Source: Proteobacteria bacterium UBA4457
Lineage (GTDB): Bacteria > Pseudomonadota > Gammaproteobacteria > Ga0077536
Assembly (NCBI GenBank): GCA_002390205.1
Contig: DGOV01000074.1
Location: forward strand, 15,759-79,758
Direction of reading: 5' to 3'
Length of the DNA: 64,000 nucleotides
Within the stretch, counting starts at the first letter, position 1, and each line of letters starts with the position of its first letter. Positions 61,095 to 64,000 of this stretch are shown in pieces. The notes below the pieces were generated by a model that made no database searches, was not told where the DNA came from, and saw nothing but the letters and a program-made list of their open reading frames with translations. A program made the translations under genes and the position numbers.

Positions 61095-61258
61095 GCAGTC
61101 CATACGAAGTTACATTTTTCTCTAAAGATGGAACAAAACACTCTGAGCACATTCTAGCTGTTGACGCTAAAGACGCTATCGATCAAGTAGCCAAACGCTC
61201 TACTGTTTTCTTTTCTCCAATCAAAGCCTCACTTACTTACGAGATTGACTATGAATAA
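61091..61258 (+). CDS. Small protein (55 aa), member of a three-copy 'YxVxF...G...A..DAI' family
   Basis: Sequence MSSPYEVTFFSKDGTKHSEHILAVDAKDAIDQVAKR... ATGA-coupled upstream. Confidence 0.4.
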   Translation: MSSPYEVTFFSKDGTKHSEHILAVDAKDAIDQVAKRSTVFFSPIKASLTYEIDYE

Positions 61259-61433
61259 TCAGACTGCAGGTTGGCTTACAGTTCTTGGTCATCGTGAGAT
61301 TGCATTGACAAAACTGCTGGGTTTTGATCATTCTGAGACCGTAGCAGTACGTCAAGAATTCTCTGAAGCGTACAAAACGATTCAAAGGATTCGAAATACT
61401 TACAACCGATCGCAACTCAATGTAAAAAACTAA
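61251..61433 (+). CDS. Hypothetical protein (60 aa)
   Basis: ORF in the track. ATG 61251 is preferred over TTG 61245. Confidence 0.45.
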   Translation: MNNQTAGWLTVLGHREIALTKLLGFDHSETVAVRQEFSEAYKTIQRIRNTYNRSQLNVKN

Positions 61434-61437
61434 AAAC

Positions 61438-61599
61438 ATGGATTTTAACTTAAGCATCGAAGACTTTACTATTATCTTAAATGCTCTTCATTATTACAAG
61501 AAAATAGAAAAAGTTGGTAACTTTGTAGTTTACGATGAAAAGCGTATTAACATGCTTCGAGATAAATTATCTCAACAATTAACGGAACAGCATCCATGA
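61438..61599 (+). CDS. Hypothetical protein (53 aa)
   Basis: Sequence MDFNLSIEDFTIILNALHYYKKIEK... ATGA-coupled to the next ORF. Confidence 0.4.
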   Translation: MDFNLSIEDFTIILNALHYYKKIEKVGNFVVYDEKRINMLRDKLSQQLTEQHP

Positions 61600-61745
61600 C
61601 CCTTTACGACTTCCTCTACTTCGGCTCACAGTGCTTTACCACCCTCTTTGCCCTTGGCGTCGCCTCGGTCATCCTAAAGCCTGTCGACGATGACGATGAC
61701 GATCAAGATGGTGGAACCCTTCAGCCTTGCTATGTAAAACGATGA
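61596..61745 (+). CDS. Small membrane protein (49 aa) with a poly-Asp tail
   Basis: Sequence MTLYDFLYFGSQCFTTLFALGVASVILKPVDDDDDDQDGG... Confidence 0.35.
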   Translation: MTLYDFLYFGSQCFTTLFALGVASVILKPVDDDDDDQDGGTLQPCYVKR

Positions 61746-61829
61746 CTGATCAGGGGACTCAACGCTTCTTAACTTGTCTTTCTCGCCTCTTTGGTGTACG
61801 ATACTCACATACCCCGGGAGGTTCCCGCT

Positions 61830-62111
61830 ATGACTACCAGCACCCAACTACTGAATCAAATCATCGAATCAGCAGGCTCTCAGCTCGTTAGTGTTTCTTT
61901 CATTAAGATTAATGGCGAGAAGCGTCAACTCACCTTCAACCCTAAGCAAGTTGGAGAGATCAAGGGCACAGGTACAAAATGCCAGAACTTGAACATTTTT
62001 CGAGTTATGGATATTAAGCTTGGCCAATGGAGAAGCTTTGACGCTCGTCGTTGTGTCTCCATTAAAGTCAGTGGTAAACTTATTCAACTCGCTAAAGAGG
62101 TAGAGCTATGA
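61830..62111 (+). CDS. Hypothetical protein (93 aa), SH3-like 'VSFIKINGEKRQLTF' motif
   Basis: ATG 61830 has RBS 'gggagg' (the track start is 61791). Confidence 0.5.
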   Translation: MTTSTQLLNQIIESAGSQLVSVSFIKINGEKRQLTFNPKQVGEIKGTGTKCQNLNIFRVMDIKLGQWRSFDARRCVSIKVSGKLIQLAKEVEL

Positions 62112-62311
62112 CTGAAAATAGTATTAGCAGTCTTGTTGTAAATCACAGGTACGAACACTTAAAAGAATGTATCTCTGATTACCTTGGAGATGAAGGAGAA
62201 GACAGCTCAGTCTTGATCGAAGATATCAAGCGAGCTTGCTCTGACCTTAAGTCTTATCACGCTGATCGACTTAAACATTACACATTAGTTCAAGAGGCTT
62301 TTCTTCGATGA
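62108..62311 (+). CDS. Hypothetical protein (67 aa)
   Basis: ATGA-coupled upstream. RBS 'aagagg'. A GGTAAACTT box lies at 62073-62081 inside the upstream gene. Confidence 0.5.
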   Translation: MTENSISSLVVNHRYEHLKECISDYLGDEGEDSSVLIEDIKRACSDLKSYHADRLKHYTLVQEAFLR

Positions 62312-62344
62312 TTCTGGTACTCTTATTGTTTAAAGGAGATTGTT

Positions 62345-62599
62345 TTGACATTATCTGAAGTCCTTGCTGCTAACAGCTGCTCTTTATTGCTAGATGAAAC
62401 TAGTGAAATAGAAATTAAAGATTTGGAGAAAGATCTACCTTCAGACCTTCATCTCGTGGTGACCGACAAAGGAGTCTATGGAGTCCGAGCCGCGAAAGCC
62501 TCAGACATTTTCGACTCTTTCTATGACGAAGGTCACGAAATAGCAGAAATCAAATCTGGCTATGGTCGCATCAAGCCTAAGCTTTTTCAGGAAAGTTGA
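62345..62599 (+). CDS. Hypothetical protein (84 aa)
   Basis: TTG start with RBS 'aaggag' 7 nt upstream. Confidence 0.5.
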   Translation: MTLSEVLAANSCSLLLDETSEIEIKDLEKDLPSDLHLVVTDKGVYGVRAAKASDIFDSFYDEGHEIAEIKSGYGRIKPKLFQES

Positions 62600-62664
62600 C
62601 TTTAACGGCTTTTTGGATTGGAGTTATTCTCTTTATCTACATTCTTTTCGCTTTGTATTGACTC

Positions 62665-62751
62665 ATGTATGAACTAACTCTAATTGGACCTTCAGTTTTG
62701 ATTGGTATTCTGTTTGTCGGGATCGTAGTAGGACTAAGTAATTGCAAATGA
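62665..62751 (+). CDS. Micro-membrane peptide (28 aa), low confidence
   Basis: Sequence MYELTLIGPSVLIGILFVGIVVGLSNCK. ATGA-coupled to the next gene. Confidence 0.3.
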   Translation: MYELTLIGPSVLIGILFVGIVVGLSNCK

Positions 62752-62969
62752 AAACGTTCTTGACAGCAGTTATGTGCTTCTTGGCAGTATCGGCCTCTAG
62801 CTCTCTTGCCTTTGACTATGACCCAGAGGGAAGACAAGAAACAAATTCTCGGAGGTACGAGATTTGCAGCGAAATTGCCCATGAATTGAATAACGCAGTT
62901 GCTAATGGGCAAATTAAGAGCTCGCAGGCTCAAGAAGTAATTAGTCGTTGTTTTCAGGAGTTTATCTAA
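62748..62969 (+). CDS. Small secreted protein (73 aa)
   Basis: Signal peptide 'MKTFLTAVMCFLAVSASSSLA'. ATG 62748 is preferred over TTG 62742. Confidence 0.5.
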   Translation: MKTFLTAVMCFLAVSASSSLAFDYDPEGRQETNSRRYEICSEIAHELNNAVANGQIKSSQAQEVISRCFQEFI

Positions 62970-63274
62970 TGAACCATAATCTTGATGATGCCGAGGTTCT
63001 AATGGATGAACTCATTGAGTCTGTGCAAATAGACGTCGCAGAGCATCTAGAAGAATGGGAAGATGAGCAATGCGTGTTGTTCGTTAGAGAATTCATGGAG
63101 CTCATGGAAAAATGGCAACCTCAGGCTGTCAACCTTAAAAAAGCTAACTTGGATACAGCTGCAAATGGACTCTACTTGACAGGACTATTTGCTCCAGCTT
63201 TTCGTAGGGCTTATCTCTTCTCTACTCAGTTCCTAGCGGCTAAAGAATCACTCGACAAACTTTTTAACCAATGA
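62969..63274 (+). CDS. Hypothetical acidic protein (101 aa)
   Basis: ATG 62969 (TAATG overlap) with RBS 'aggag'. The track's TTG is at 62948. Confidence 0.5.
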   Translation: MNHNLDDAEVLMDELIESVQIDVAEHLEEWEDEQCVLFVREFMELMEKWQPQAVNLKKANLDTAANGLYLTGLFAPAFRRAYLFSTQFLAAKESLDKLFNQ

Positions 63275-63705
63275 CTGATCATTACGAATGGTTTAGACGC
63301 ACAGTTGGTCAATGGACCTCCGAGCGTCGATATATCTTTAATTTAAAGACTAAAAAGCCAACAAACTTGACGACAGAATTCAGTATCCAGCCAATTACTG
63401 AAGGGGACTATGACTTCCAAGTCATCTGGACGGGCCAGACGAATGGCGCTATGTGTCTCAAGTTGTCTGGGAATGAGCTTCACAGAGACATTGGCTACTT
63501 TACAAGCGAACCGACAACATCTTTGCTTGAATTGATTGATCCTGATACTCTCTTGATGCATACCACCTACGATGGGTGCAGATTTCGAGAGGAAATTCGC
63601 CTTCTGGAGTGCGATAATATACGCTTGAGGCAAACGATAGGACACGACCTTGAAACTAATAAGGTCATCCTTGTTGGCCAGTACTTCGAGGAGCGCGTCT
63701 CATGA
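63271..63705 (+). CDS. CpcS/CpeS-family (S-type phycobilin lyase-like) protein
   Basis: 'YEWFRRTVGQWTSERRY' can be compared with CpcS 'EFFQLSAGKWRSQRSTHH'. 'LHRDIGYF...LLMHTTYDGCRFREEIRLLECDNIRLRQT' can be compared with 'LLRERGYA...LVLITEYETMSIQERFWFANPDLRLRTS'. It is shorter (144 aa) than host CpcS. Confidence 0.55.
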   Translation: MTDHYEWFRRTVGQWTSERRYIFNLKTKKPTNLTTEFSIQPITEGDYDFQVIWTGQTNGAMCLKLSGNELHRDIGYFTSEPTTSLLELIDPDTLLMHTTYDGCRFREEIRLLECDNIRLRQTIGHDLETNKVILVGQYFEERVS

Positions 63706-63863
63706 CCTCTTTTAGCGTCAAGTGGGCAGATCACGAAGGGTTGGAGCATCAACAGACCTTCAAAGCTAAAGGCCCTACAGAGGCCATCTCTTTGGCTTTA
63801 GAGGAGACCGAAATCCTTAGACTTTATCCCGACCTAATTATTCGAGTAACAAAAGAGGACTAA
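63702..63863 (+). CDS. Small protein (53 aa), member of the three-copy small-protein family
   Basis: Sequence MTSFSVKWADHEGLEHQQTFKAKGPTEAISLALEE... ATGA-coupled upstream. Confidence 0.4.
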   Translation: MTSFSVKWADHEGLEHQQTFKAKGPTEAISLALEETEILRLYPDLIIRVTKED

Positions 63864-63865
63864 GC

Positions 63866-64000
63866 TTGGAACTAAACTTAGATAGCGACGGTGGCTTCTT
63901 TAAATTAAGACAGCTTTCCTTTAGTTGGGGAAACTCTTTAGAAGATCTTGATCTCCCTGGATTCACATGCCTCTCTTGGGGGGTTTATTCTCTCGAGATG
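63866..64000 (+). CDS. Hypothetical protein, 5' fragment running off the window
   Basis: TTG start with RBS 'agagga'. The frame stays open to the window end. Confidence 0.35.
   Translation, partial: MELNLDSDGGFFKLRQLSFSWGNSLEDLDLPGFTCLSWGVYSLEM

Overview
This window is a contiguous 64-kb stretch of a tailed dsDNA cyanophage genome. The host is probably a marine Synechococcus/Prochlorococcus-type picocyanobacterium. I infer that from a phage-type psbA plus hli, class II RNR, thyX, a CpcS/CpeS-like protein and a DUF4278-like cyanobacterial peptide. I saw no host flanks, integrase, rRNA, tRNA or CRISPR. There are about 85 tightly packed genes, almost all on the + strand. ATGA/TAATG stop-start overlaps are frequent and several starts are GTG or TTG. 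Two blocks lie on the minus strand (32970-33586 and 35076-38139). Layout: (1) 235-29993 is a ~30-kb structural region dominated by ten fibre/adhesin-like genes (1505, 958, 2069, 817, 670, 558, 409, 535, 923 and 217 aa). These enclose a small head module: a Cys4 protein, scaffold, major capsid protein and three small proteins. (2) 30.2-35.1 kb holds small membrane proteins, five consecutive Lys/Arg-rich proteins, a minus-strand three-gene cassette and a bifunctional endolysin. (3) 35.1-44.2 kb holds replication and recombination genes: a wHTH initiator-like protein, DnaB-type helicase, Rad52/Sak-like annealing protein, sigma factor, SSB, RusA, PD-(D/E)XK exonuclease and ThyX. (4) 44.3-46.1 kb holds an OMP-like protein, psbA and hli. 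(5) 46.2-48.4 kb holds the terminase. (6) 48.4-57.3 kb holds a second sigma-like protein, primase, metallophosphoesterase, glutaredoxin, a secreted lambda-R-like transglycosylase, class II RNR and dCTP deaminase. (7) 57.4-58.9 kb holds a portal-like protein. (8) 59-64 kb holds about 20 small genes, including the CpcS/CpeS-like homologue. The most noteworthy observations are: (a) five fibre genes share one N-terminal anchor domain but carry different distal modules; (b) one of those modules is a cupredoxin-like domain with a complete type-1 copper ligand set; (c) the fibre genes use a metazoan-ECM-like domain set (LamG, a circularly permuted MAM, collagen triplets, a cadherin-like module, Cys-rich modules); (d) a secreted beta-barrel OMP-like gene sits beside psbA-hli; (e) there are two sigma-like proteins and a recurring GGTAAACTA / GGTAATATA promoter-like box; (f) there is a run of five highly basic small proteins. 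All functional calls rest on by-eye motif recognition. No database search or computation was run.
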